Both the position numbers and the translations under genes were made by a program. The notes beneath the pieces were generated by a model. It had not been told where the DNA came from, searched no databases, and saw only the letters and a program-made list of their open reading frames with translations. 36,380 bases of DNA, taken from an uncultured Planctomycetia bacterium. Its GTDB lineage: Bacteria > Planctomycetota > MHYJ01 > CAYUME01. Shown in pieces: positions 8,466 through 16,186 of this stretch (its first letter is position 1; each line of letters opens with the position of its first letter). The stretch spans positions 1 to 36,380 of the forward strand of contig CAYUME010000001.1 in the NCBI GenBank assembly GCA_964445475.1. The letters run 5' to 3'.

Positions 8466-9632
8466 CTACCGGCAGCTCCGGTAGATCGCGACCAGATCGG
8501 CCTTCGTGTAGCCCGGGATCTGCCAGAGGGCGCACAGCTTCAGCGCCAGCTCCGACAGGCGGTCGAGGTCGGGATTCGCGATTCCCGCCGCGCCGAACGA
8601 CGTCGGCGTCCCCGCCTGGTCGAACCAGGCCTTCAGGCGCGCCGTCCCCGCCTCTGCCGCCGCCGCGTCGTCCGAGGCCGTCGCCCCCATCACGGCGCGC
8701 GCGAAGCGGGCGAACCGCCCGGGGCCCTTCCGCGCCGCCGTGAAGGCCATCCAGGCCGGCAGGACGATCGAGAGCCCCGCGCCGTGCGCGATGTCGTGGA
8801 TGGCGCTGATCGGGTGCTCCAGCATGTGGTTCGGGATCGTGAAGGGCCCCAGGCCGCAGGGGGCGAGCGTGTTCCACGCCAAAGTCGCCCCCCACATCTG
8901 GACGGCCCGCGCCTCCAGGTCCTGCGGATCCTCCAGCACCCGCTCCGCCGACTCCATCAGGCTGCGGATCACCCCCTCCGCGTACCGCTCCTGCAGCGGC
9001 ACCCACCCCGCGTCGTGAGTGAAGTACCCCTCCAGCAGGTGCGTGACCGCGTCCGCCGTCCCGTACGCCGTCTGCGATCGCGGCAGCGAGCGCGTCACGG
9101 CGGGGTCGAGGATCGAGACCCGCGGAAAGAGGGGCGGGGCGCCGAACCCGAACTTGTCCTGCGTCGCCTCGTTCGTGATCACCGTCCCGCCGTTCATCTC
9201 CGAGCCCGTGGCGGGGAGGGTCAGGACCGTCGCCAGCGGCAGCGCCCGCTCGACCTTCACCGTCCCGTCGTAGAAGGACCAGACGTCCGTCGTCGCGGTC
9301 GTTCCGGCCGCGATCGCCTTGGACGCGTCGATGACGCTCCCCCCGCCGACGGCGAGGAGGAAGTCGATCCCGCTTTCCCGGGCCAGGGCGATGCCGCGCC
9401 GGACGTGAGAAAGGACGGGGTTGGACTGCACCCCGGGATGCTCGATCCAGGCGATGCCCGCCTTCGTCAAGGCGGCCACGACGCGGTCGTACAGGCCGTT
9501 CGTCTTGATGCTCGACCGGCCGTATACGAAAAGGGCCTTCTTGCCGAGGGGCTTGATCTCGTCGCCGACCTGGTCGACGGTCCCCTCGCCGAAGACGATC
9601 TTCGTCGGGTTGTGGAACGTGAACGGCTTCAT
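8466..9632 (-). CDS. Iron-containing (group III) alcohol dehydrogenase, YqhD/butanol-dehydrogenase-like
   Basis: ORF 8466..9854 trimmed to the ATG at 9632 (MKPFTFHNPTKIVFGEG). It has the GGGSVIDASKAIA dinucleotide motif and conserved His residues (HMLEHPISAIHDIAHGAG). It lies 29 nt upstream of the HD gene. Confidence 0.9.
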   Translation of the reverse strand: MKPFTFHNPTKIVFGEGTVDQVGDEIKPLGKKALFVYGRSSIKTNGLYDRVVAALTKAGIAWIEHPGVQSNPVLSHVRRGIALARESGIDFLLAVGGGSVIDASKAIAAGTTATTDVWSFYDGTVKVERALPLATVLTLPATGSEMNGGTVITNEATQDKFGFGAPPLFPRVSILDPAVTRSLPRSQTAYGTADAVTHLLEGYFTHDAGWVPLQERYAEGVIRSLMESAERVLEDPQDLEARAVQMWGATLAWNTLAPCGLGPFTIPNHMLEHPISAIHDIAHGAGLSIVLPAWMAFTAARKGPGRFARFARAVMGATASDDAAAAEAGTARLKAWFDQAGTPTSFGAAGIANPDLDRLSELALKLCALWQIPGYTKADLVAIYRSCR

Positions 9633-9841
9633 GCGGGCCTCCGCGGGAAGGGGAGCCGGCGCGCGACCGGTGCGGCCGCCGGACCGCGTGCATTCCGATG
9701 GGACATATATATAAGGAAGCGCGGCGGCGGTCCAGCCCCGCGCGCGCGGGACCTCCGCGTTGCCGCAGACCGGACGATGGCGGGTGACTTGGACGGGGGC
9801 GCAAGGTATAGTAGCGGCCGGACGGCCGGAGGGAGGCGACC

Positions 9842-12379
9842 ATGCGCCAGACACGGCTCCGCCTCGCGATCCTCGCCCTCGCCTGCCCGCTGATCTCCCT
9901 CCCCGCGCCGACCGCCGGGGCCGCCCCGTCCGTCGCGACGCCGGCCCCGAAACCGGCGCCGTCCCCCGCCCCTCCGCGGCCCAAGCCGAAGCAGGACCTC
10001 CGCGTCGATCCCGGCCTCCTCGATCGATTCCTCGCCGGCCCCCTGGCCGGCTCCGAGGAGGTCGTCTTCGCCGCCCGCGGCCTCAACTACGACGGCCACT
10101 GGTACGCCAACATCGGCTATTACGCCGACAGCGCCGACCGCAAGGCCTACGGCATCGGCGGCAAGCTCTACCGCCTGAACCTCCGGACGAAAAAGCTCAC
10201 CTGCCTGCTCGACGACCCGAAGGGCGGCGTCCGCGATCCCCAGGTCCACTACGACGGGAAAAAGATCCTTTTTTCCTACCGCAAAGGCGGTACCGATCCC
10301 TACCACCTCCACGAGATCAACGTCGACGGCACCGGGCTCAAGCAGCTGACCGACGGTCTCTACGACGACTACGAGCCGACCTACGTCGCCGACGGCGGCA
10401 TCGTCTTCGTCTCCACCCGTTGCAAGCGCTGGGTCAACTGCTGGCTCACCCAGGTCGGCGTCCTCTACCGGTGCGACGCGGACGGCTCCAACGTCCGGCC
10501 GATCTCCAGCAACAACGACCACGACAACACGCCCTGGCCCCTCCCCGACGGGCGCATCCTCTACATGCGCTGGGAGTACGTCGACCGCAGCCAGGTCCAC
10601 TACCACCATCTCTGGACGAGCAACCCGGACGGGACGAACCAGGCGGTCTACTACGGCAACCTCCATCCCGGGATCGTCATGATCGACGCGAAGCCGATCC
10701 CCGGGACGAACCGGGTCGTCTCGATCTTTTCCCCCGGCCACGGCCGCAAGGAGCACGACGGGATCCTCACGGTCGTCAGCCCCGACGGCGGGCCCGACCA
10801 CAAGGGATTCGCCCGGACCGTGAACCCCGCCGCGCACTTCCGGGACCCCTGGGCCTTCTCGGAGGACGCCTTTCTCGTCGCGGCGGGGCAGTCCCTCCTG
10901 CTGATGGACGGCGCCGGGAAAACGCAGGAGGTCTTCCGGCTCCCGCCGGAGGACGCCCGGGCCGGCCTCCACGCCCACGAGCCGCGCCCCCTCGCCCCGC
11001 GCCCGCGCGAAGACCGGATCCCGTCCCGCGTCGTCCCGGAGGAGGCGACCGGGCGGTACGCCCTCGCGGACATCTACTTCGGCCGCACCATGGCCGGCGT
11101 GAGGCCCGGGGAGGTCCGGAAGCTGCTCGTGCTGGAGACCCTCCCCGAGCCGATCCACTTCTCGGGCGGCATGGAGCCGGTCAGCCTCGGCGGGACGTTC
11201 ATCCTCGAGCGCATCCTCGGGACGGTCCCCGTCGAGCCCGACGGCTCCGCCTACTTCGAGGTCCCCGCCCTCCGCAGCCTCTTTTTCGTGGCCCTGGACG
11301 AGCAGGACCTCTCGGTCAAGCGGATGCAGAGCTTCACGACGGTCCAGCCGGGGGAGACGCTCTCCTGCGTCGGCTGTCACGAGCACCGGGCCCAGGCGCC
11401 GCTGGTCTCGACGGGGGCGGACCTGCAGGCGATGCGACGCCCGCCCAGCCGGATCGAGCCGATCCGCGACGTCCCCGACGTTCTCGACTTCCCGCGCGAC
11501 GTCCAGCCGATCCTCGACCGGCACTGCGTCCGGTGCCACGACGGGGACCGGCCGGCGGGGGCGACGAAACCGGAGGAGGGGCCCCGGGCCGGCGGCGTGG
11601 TCCTCTCCGGCGACCGCGGGCCGATGTACTCGTTCGGCTATTTCCACCTGATCGCCCGCGGCCAGGTGGCCGACGGGCGCAACCGGGCGCAGAGCAACTA
11701 TCCCCCGCGGGCCATCGGCAGCTCCGCCAGCCCGCTGATGAAGAAGCTCGACGGCGCGCACTACGGCGCCCGCGTCTCGCCGCTCGAGAAGAAGACGGTC
11801 CGCCTCTGGATCGAGAGCGGCGCGGCCTACCCCGGCACCTACGCCGCCGTCTACAGCGGGATGCTCGGGAGCTACCACGAGAACAAACTGGTGCGGCAGG
11901 ACGAGGGGTGGCCGGAGACCCGGGCGCTGGCCGGGGTCCTGCAGAAGCGCTGTGTCGGCTGCCACGGGAAGGGGCGCGAGCTGCCGTTCTCCGCCTCCGT
12001 CCACGCGTTCGGCGGCCACGTCCGGTACAACCTCACCCGGCCGGAGCAGTCGCTGATGCTGCGGGCGCCGCTCGCGCCCGCTGCGGGCGGCTACGGGAGC
12101 TGCCGGAAGCCCGGGGCGGGGGAAGGGACGGATGTCTTCGCGGGCCGGGAGGACCCGGACTACCGGGCGATCCTCGCCTACTGCGAGCGGGCGAAGCGGT
12201 TCCTCGACGCGGCGAAGCGCTTCGACATGCCCGGGTTCCGGCCGATCGAGGCTTGGGTCCGCGAGATGAAGCGGTACGGCGTCCTGCCCGCGGCCCTCGG
12301 CCCGGCCGACCCGATCGACCCCTACGCCGTCGAGCGGCGGTACTGGGAGTCGCTCTGGCACGTTCCGGCCGCCCGGTAG
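9842..12379 (+). CDS. Secreted PD40/TolB-like beta-propeller protein with three C-terminal CxxCH heme-c motifs (hydrazine-synthase-alpha-middle-domain-like / Planctomycete-cytochrome-like family)
   Basis: GGAGGGAGG precedes the ATG. It has a signal peptide and a Pro-rich linker (PAPKPAPSPAPPRPKPK). The CxxCH motifs are at 11366-11380 (CVGCH), 11525-11539 (CVRCH) and 11951-11965 (CVGCH). It is a clear paralogue of 21299..24055. Confidence 0.85.
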   Translation: MRQTRLRLAILALACPLISLPAPTAGAAPSVATPAPKPAPSPAPPRPKPKQDLRVDPGLLDRFLAGPLAGSEEVVFAARGLNYDGHWYANIGYYADSADRKAYGIGGKLYRLNLRTKKLTCLLDDPKGGVRDPQVHYDGKKILFSYRKGGTDPYHLHEINVDGTGLKQLTDGLYDDYEPTYVADGGIVFVSTRCKRWVNCWLTQVGVLYRCDADGSNVRPISSNNDHDNTPWPLPDGRILYMRWEYVDRSQVHYHHLWTSNPDGTNQAVYYGNLHPGIVMIDAKPIPGTNRVVSIFSPGHGRKEHDGILTVVSPDGGPDHKGFARTVNPAAHFRDPWAFSEDAFLVAAGQSLLLMDGAGKTQEVFRLPPEDARAGLHAHEPRPLAPRPREDRIPSRVVPEEATGRYALADIYFGRTMAGVRPGEVRKLLVLETLPEPIHFSGGMEPVSLGGTFILERILGTVPVEPDGSAYFEVPALRSLFFVALDEQDLSVKRMQSFTTVQPGETLSCVGCHEHRAQAPLVSTGADLQAMRRPPSRIEPIRDVPDVLDFPRDVQPILDRHCVRCHDGDRPAGATKPEEGPRAGGVVLSGDRGPMYSFGYFHLIARGQVADGRNRAQSNYPPRAIGSSASPLMKKLDGAHYGARVSPLEKKTVRLWIESGAAYPGTYAAVYSGMLGSYHENKLVRQDEGWPETRALAGVLQKRCVGCHGKGRELPFSASVHAFGGHVRYNLTRPEQSLMLRAPLAPAAGGYGSCRKPGAGEGTDVFAGREDPDYRAILAYCERAKRFLDAAKRFDMPGFRPIEAWVREMKRYGVLPAALGPADPIDPYAVERRYWESLWHVPAAR

Positions 12380-12443
12380 TCGGAGCGGCCGGGAGGGTGT
12401 CCCCCGGAGCCGTTCCCCCCGGTTCGCGCGCCCCGTTCCGCGC

Positions 12444-12471
12444 TTGACATCCCCCGGCGGCGCGCTATAAT
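12444..12471 (+). promoter_or_regulatory. Sigma-70-type promoter of the IclR gene
   Basis: There is a perfect TTGACA (12444-12449), a 16-nt spacer and a perfect TATAAT (12466-12471). The ATG at 12505 lies 34 nt downstream. Confidence 0.55.
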
Positions 12472-12480
12472 TCCACAATA

Positions 12481-12492
12481 GGAATCGATTCC
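12481..12492. promoter_or_regulatory. Perfect 12-bp palindrome GGAATCGATTCC (candidate IclR operator)
   Basis: The sequence is its own reverse complement. It sits between the -10 box and the iclR start codon, around the predicted transcription start. Confidence 0.4.
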
Positions 12493-12504
12493 ATTAGAGG
12501 TATT

Positions 12505-13359
12505 ATGTCCCGCCGCCCGGCTGCCGCGACGCCGCCTGCGAACGGGGGGGGCGCCCCCGCCCTCGAGCGCGGCCTCGCCGTCCTCGAGCTCCTCGCCCGC
12601 CGCCGCGCCCCGATGCGCGCGGCCGACCTCGCCGACGCCCTCGGCGCCCCCCGCAACAGCCTCGGCCGCGTCCTCCAGGTCCTCGCCGACCGCGGCTACC
12701 TCGACCGCGACGCCGTCGACCGCACCTTCGCCCTCGCCCCCAAGCTCCTCGCCCTCGGCAGCGCCACCGCCTGCGAGGAGGACCTCCTCGAGGCCGCCCG
12801 CGACGCCGTCCGCGACCTCCGCGACGCCACCGGCGAGATGGCCCAGCTCAACGTCCGCCTCGGCGCCGAGGGCGTCGTCCTCGACGTCGCCGCCTCCCGC
12901 CACCCCGTCCGCATGACCGTCGACCCCGGCACGCGATTCACCCTCCACGATGCGGCCGGCGGCAAGGCGCTCCTGGCCTGGCTGCCGGACGCGGAGCGGA
13001 AGCGCCTCCTGGCGCGGCTCCCGCTCGCCCGGCGCACCCCCCGGACAATCGTCTCGCGCGACGCCCTCCGACGGGAGCTGGAGGCCGTCCGCCGCCGGGG
13101 CTATGCCCTCGACCGCGCCGAGTGCGTGGAGGGGATCCGCTGCGTCGGCGCCCCCGTCTTCGACCGGCGGGGCGGCTGCGTCGCCGCCCTCGTCGTCACG
13201 GGGCCGTCCATGCGCATCCCGGAGTCGCGCTTCCCGGAGCTGGCCCGCCAGGCGCTCGCCCAGGCCGACCGCGTCTCGCGACGGCTCGGGTGGGAGCGGC
13301 CGGAGGCGGGGCGCGACGAGACGACGCGGAAGCCGCGGACGATCGCCGACCGACGCTGA
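12505..13359 (+). CDS. IclR-family transcriptional regulator
   Basis: It has an N-terminal winged HTH (LERGLAVLELLARRRAPMRAADLADALGAPRNSLGRVLQVLADRGYL). Its C-terminal effector domain carries GYALDRAECVEGIRCVGAPVFD, which is typical of IclR. Confidence 0.9.
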   Translation: MSRRPAAATPPANGGGAPALERGLAVLELLARRRAPMRAADLADALGAPRNSLGRVLQVLADRGYLDRDAVDRTFALAPKLLALGSATACEEDLLEAARDAVRDLRDATGEMAQLNVRLGAEGVVLDVAASRHPVRMTVDPGTRFTLHDAAGGKALLAWLPDAERKRLLARLPLARRTPRTIVSRDALRRELEAVRRRGYALDRAECVEGIRCVGAPVFDRRGGCVAALVVTGPSMRIPESRFPELARQALAQADRVSRRLGWERPEAGRDETTRKPRTIADRR

Positions 13360-13390
13360 TTCGGAACCCCTGTTTTGGGAGGGCGGGACG

Positions 13391-14938
13391 ATGAGCACGA
13401 ACGGACGGAATCCCCTTCATCGCTGCTGCGGCTGCCCGGCGAAGCCCGCGGGCCTGACCCGGCGCGGCTTCCTGGCCACGAGCGGCGCCGCGGCCGGCGC
13501 CCTGTCGATCGCCGGCTGCACGGCGGCCCAGGTGGCCGGACAGGCCGACGCCCCCGCCGCCCCGCCCCGCAAGCCGCTGGTCGTGAAGGCCGTCCTCACC
13601 CACGATATCCCCCGTCGCCGGGAGAAGACCAGCTGGAGGAACTGGGGCGGGATCCACACCGCCGAGGCCGCCGAGCAGGAGGTCGCCCGGATCCGCGGCG
13701 AGCTCGACACGATCAAGGCCGCCGCCGACTTCCCGATGGAGGTCCTTCCCGTCTCCATCGCCCGCAGCCCCAACGAGGTCGCCAACCTCGCCGACCTCGC
13801 CCGGGCCGACGCGGTCGTGATCTACGCCGCGGGCGGCGGACAGAACCTCTTCGACGCGATCGTGAAGACGGGCAAGCCCGTGATCTTCTTCCTCCGCCAC
13901 CGCTCCGGTCCCGTCTCCCTCTGGTACGAGATCATCAGCCCCCGCTACCTCCACCAGCACGGCGATCAGCTGGCCGTGAAGGGCGTGGACAACGGGGACG
14001 TGGTGGTCGACTCCCGCGACGACCTGACGTGGCGCTTCCGCGCGCTCACGGGCCTCAAGAACACGCTCGGCCTGAAGATCCTCGCCGTCGGCGGCGCCGG
14101 CGGGTGGAGCAAGATCGACAAGCCCGCTCCCGAGCATGCCGTCGAGAAGTTCAAGTTCGACATCCAGAACGTCGCCTATCCCGATCTCAAGACGCTCCTG
14201 GTCGCCGCCCGGGGGGATGCCCGGGCCGTCCAGTCCGCGAAGGACCGCGCGGCAGCCTATCTCCGGGCCCCCGGCGTGCGGCTCGAGACGGAGAAGGCCT
14301 TCGTCGAGAACGCCTTCCTCCTCGAGCAGGTCTTCCGCGTGCTGATGGAAAAGGCCGGGACGCATGCCATCACCATCAACAGCTGCATGGGCACGATCAT
14401 GCCGATCGCGGAGACGACGGCCTGCCTGACCCTCTCCCTCCTCAACGACGCCGGCTACCTCGCCTTCTGCGAGTCCGACTTCGTGGTCATCCCCTCGGGC
14501 GTGCTCCTCACGGCCATCTCCAACAAGCCCCAGTTCCTCAACGACCCCACCTACCCCCACCACGGCGTGGTCACCGTCGCCCACTGCTCGGGGCCGCGCC
14601 GGATGGACGGGCGGAACGCGGAGGACGTGCGGATCGTGACGCACTTCGAGTCGGACTACGGCGCCGCGCCGAAGGTCGAGATGAGGAGGGGGACCGTCTG
14701 CACCAACATCATCCCCGACTTCGGCTTCAAGCGCTGGGTCGGCTTCCGCGGCGAGATCGCCGACGCCCCCTTCCTCCCCATCTGCCGCGACCAGGTGGAC
14801 GTCGCCTACAAGGTCCCGGACGAGGCGATCGCGCTCAACATGCCGGGCTTCCACTGGGAGTTCTGCTACGGCGACTACCTCAAGGAGTTCGGGTACGCGC
14901 TGAAGAAGACCGGGATCGGGTGGGAGTGCCTGGGATAG
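13391..14938 (+). CDS. TAT-signal lipoprotein of unknown function, possibly L-fucose/L-arabinose-isomerase-like fold
   Basis: The ATG at 13391 follows GGGAGGG. RRGFLATSGAAAGALSIAGC combines a twin-arginine motif with a lipobox Cys. The internal LAFCESDF segment resembles the CExD segment of COG2407-type isomerases. That similarity is a weak, by-eye call. Confidence 0.75.
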   Translation: MSTNGRNPLHRCCGCPAKPAGLTRRGFLATSGAAAGALSIAGCTAAQVAGQADAPAAPPRKPLVVKAVLTHDIPRRREKTSWRNWGGIHTAEAAEQEVARIRGELDTIKAAADFPMEVLPVSIARSPNEVANLADLARADAVVIYAAGGGQNLFDAIVKTGKPVIFFLRHRSGPVSLWYEIISPRYLHQHGDQLAVKGVDNGDVVVDSRDDLTWRFRALTGLKNTLGLKILAVGGAGGWSKIDKPAPEHAVEKFKFDIQNVAYPDLKTLLVAARGDARAVQSAKDRAAAYLRAPGVRLETEKAFVENAFLLEQVFRVLMEKAGTHAITINSCMGTIMPIAETTACLTLSLLNDAGYLAFCESDFVVIPSGVLLTAISNKPQFLNDPTYPHHGVVTVAHCSGPRRMDGRNAEDVRIVTHFESDYGAAPKVEMRRGTVCTNIIPDFGFKRWVGFRGEIADAPFLPICRDQVDVAYKVPDEAIALNMPGFHWEFCYGDYLKEFGYALKKTGIGWECLG

Positions 14939-14980
14939 GACGGTCCGCACGCCGTCCTGCCGGCCATCGACCGCGCCTTC

Positions 14981-15004
14981 CGGGCGGCCCTTCGGGGCCG
15001 CCCG
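14981..15004 (+). terminator. Stem-loop terminator candidate after 13391..14938
   Basis: A 10-bp perfect stem (CGGGCGGCCC and GGGCCGCCCG) closes a TTCG tetraloop. It is followed by TTCCGTTTCGG, a modest U content. Confidence 0.55.
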
Positions 15005-15025
15005 TTCCGTTTCGGGGACGCCGAA

Positions 15026-15058
15026 GGCGGGCCCGGACGGGACGGGGCCGCCGTTTTT
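15026..15058 (+). terminator. Second rho-independent terminator candidate
   Basis: The arms are GGCGGGCCCG (15026-15035) and CGGGGCCGCC (15043-15052), a 10-bp stem with one mismatch. The stem is followed by G and TTTTT (15054-15058). Confidence 0.55.
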
Positions 15059-15121
15059 CGTGGCCGCGATCCCGGCCGGGAGGCATGATGGGGCTAGCGG
15101 CACCCCCATCCGGAGCAGCCC

Positions 15122-16102
15122 ATGCGCCTTTCCGCCCCGGCCGGCCTCCTCGCCCTGCTTGCCGCCCTCCCCGCCCCGGCTCGGGCCGGGGATTCTCCCG
15201 TCCCGCGGTATGTCGTCGATCCCGCCTGGCCGCAGCGCCCCGCGGAGGCGAAATGGGGAGAGACGCCCGGCATCGCCATCGACGTGGCCGGCCTCGTCTG
15301 GGTCTTTACCCGGGCCCAGCCTCCGGTCCAGGTCTACGACGCCGCCGGGAAATTCGTCCGCGCCTGGGGCGGCGACCACGTCAAGATCGCACACGGCCTT
15401 CGCTTCGACCGCGGGGGAAACGTCTGGCTCGCCGACATCGGCAAGCACGTCGTGATGCAGCTCACCCCGGAGGGGAAGCTCCTCAAGACCCTGGGGACGC
15501 CCGGCCAGGCCGGGTGCGACGAGACCCACCTCGACAAGCCCACCGACCTGGTCGTCGCCCCCGACGGCGGCGTCTTCGTCACCGACGGCTACGGCAACAA
15601 CCGCGTCGTGCATTTCGACCAGGACGGCCGGTTCGTGAAGGCCTGGGGGAAGCGCGAGCGCGGGACGGGACCGGGCGAGTTCGACCTGCCCCACTCCATC
15701 GTGATGGACGCCAAGGGCCTCCTCTACGTCGCCGACCGGAGCAACGCCCGCGTCCAGGTCTTCGACGCCGACGGCAGGCACCTCGCGTCGTGGGAGAACG
15801 TGATGGTGCCGTGGCATCTGCTCATCACGGAGCAGGACGAGATCTGGGCGTGCGGGTCGTCGGTCATGCCGCGCCCCGAGAAGGGCATGCCGTTCCTGCC
15901 GCCGGTCGACCAGGTCGTCGTCAAGTTCGATACCTCCGGCAAGGTGCTCGACCGGTTCGCCATGCCGAAGGGGCAGGACGGGAAGGAGCGGCTGGGGGAG
16001 GTGAACTGGCTGCACGGCGTGGCGTTCGACGCGACGGGAAGCCTCTACACCTGCGACATCAAGGGGAAGCGGGCCTTGAAATTCGTGAGGAAGGCGGACT
16101 GA
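15122..16102 (+). CDS. Secreted NHL-repeat six-bladed beta-propeller protein (peptidyl-alpha-hydroxyglycine lyase-like)
   Basis: It has a signal peptide (MRLSAPAGLLALLAALPAPARA). NHL-type blades repeat along the protein: VWLADIGKHVVMQL, VFVTDGYGNNRVVHFD, LYVADRSNARVQVFD and LYTCDIKGKRALKF. Confidence 0.85.
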   Translation: MRLSAPAGLLALLAALPAPARAGDSPVPRYVVDPAWPQRPAEAKWGETPGIAIDVAGLVWVFTRAQPPVQVYDAAGKFVRAWGGDHVKIAHGLRFDRGGNVWLADIGKHVVMQLTPEGKLLKTLGTPGQAGCDETHLDKPTDLVVAPDGGVFVTDGYGNNRVVHFDQDGRFVKAWGKRERGTGPGEFDLPHSIVMDAKGLLYVADRSNARVQVFDADGRHLASWENVMVPWHLLITEQDEIWACGSSVMPRPEKGMPFLPPVDQVVVKFDTSGKVLDRFAMPKGQDGKERLGEVNWLHGVAFDATGSLYTCDIKGKRALKFVRKAD

Positions 16103-16186
16103 ACCGCCGAGAGCGCCGTGATGCGCCGAAGCCATACGGGATTGCCCTGACGCGGTGGACTCGGCGCGTTCCGGTGCATCTCGGCG

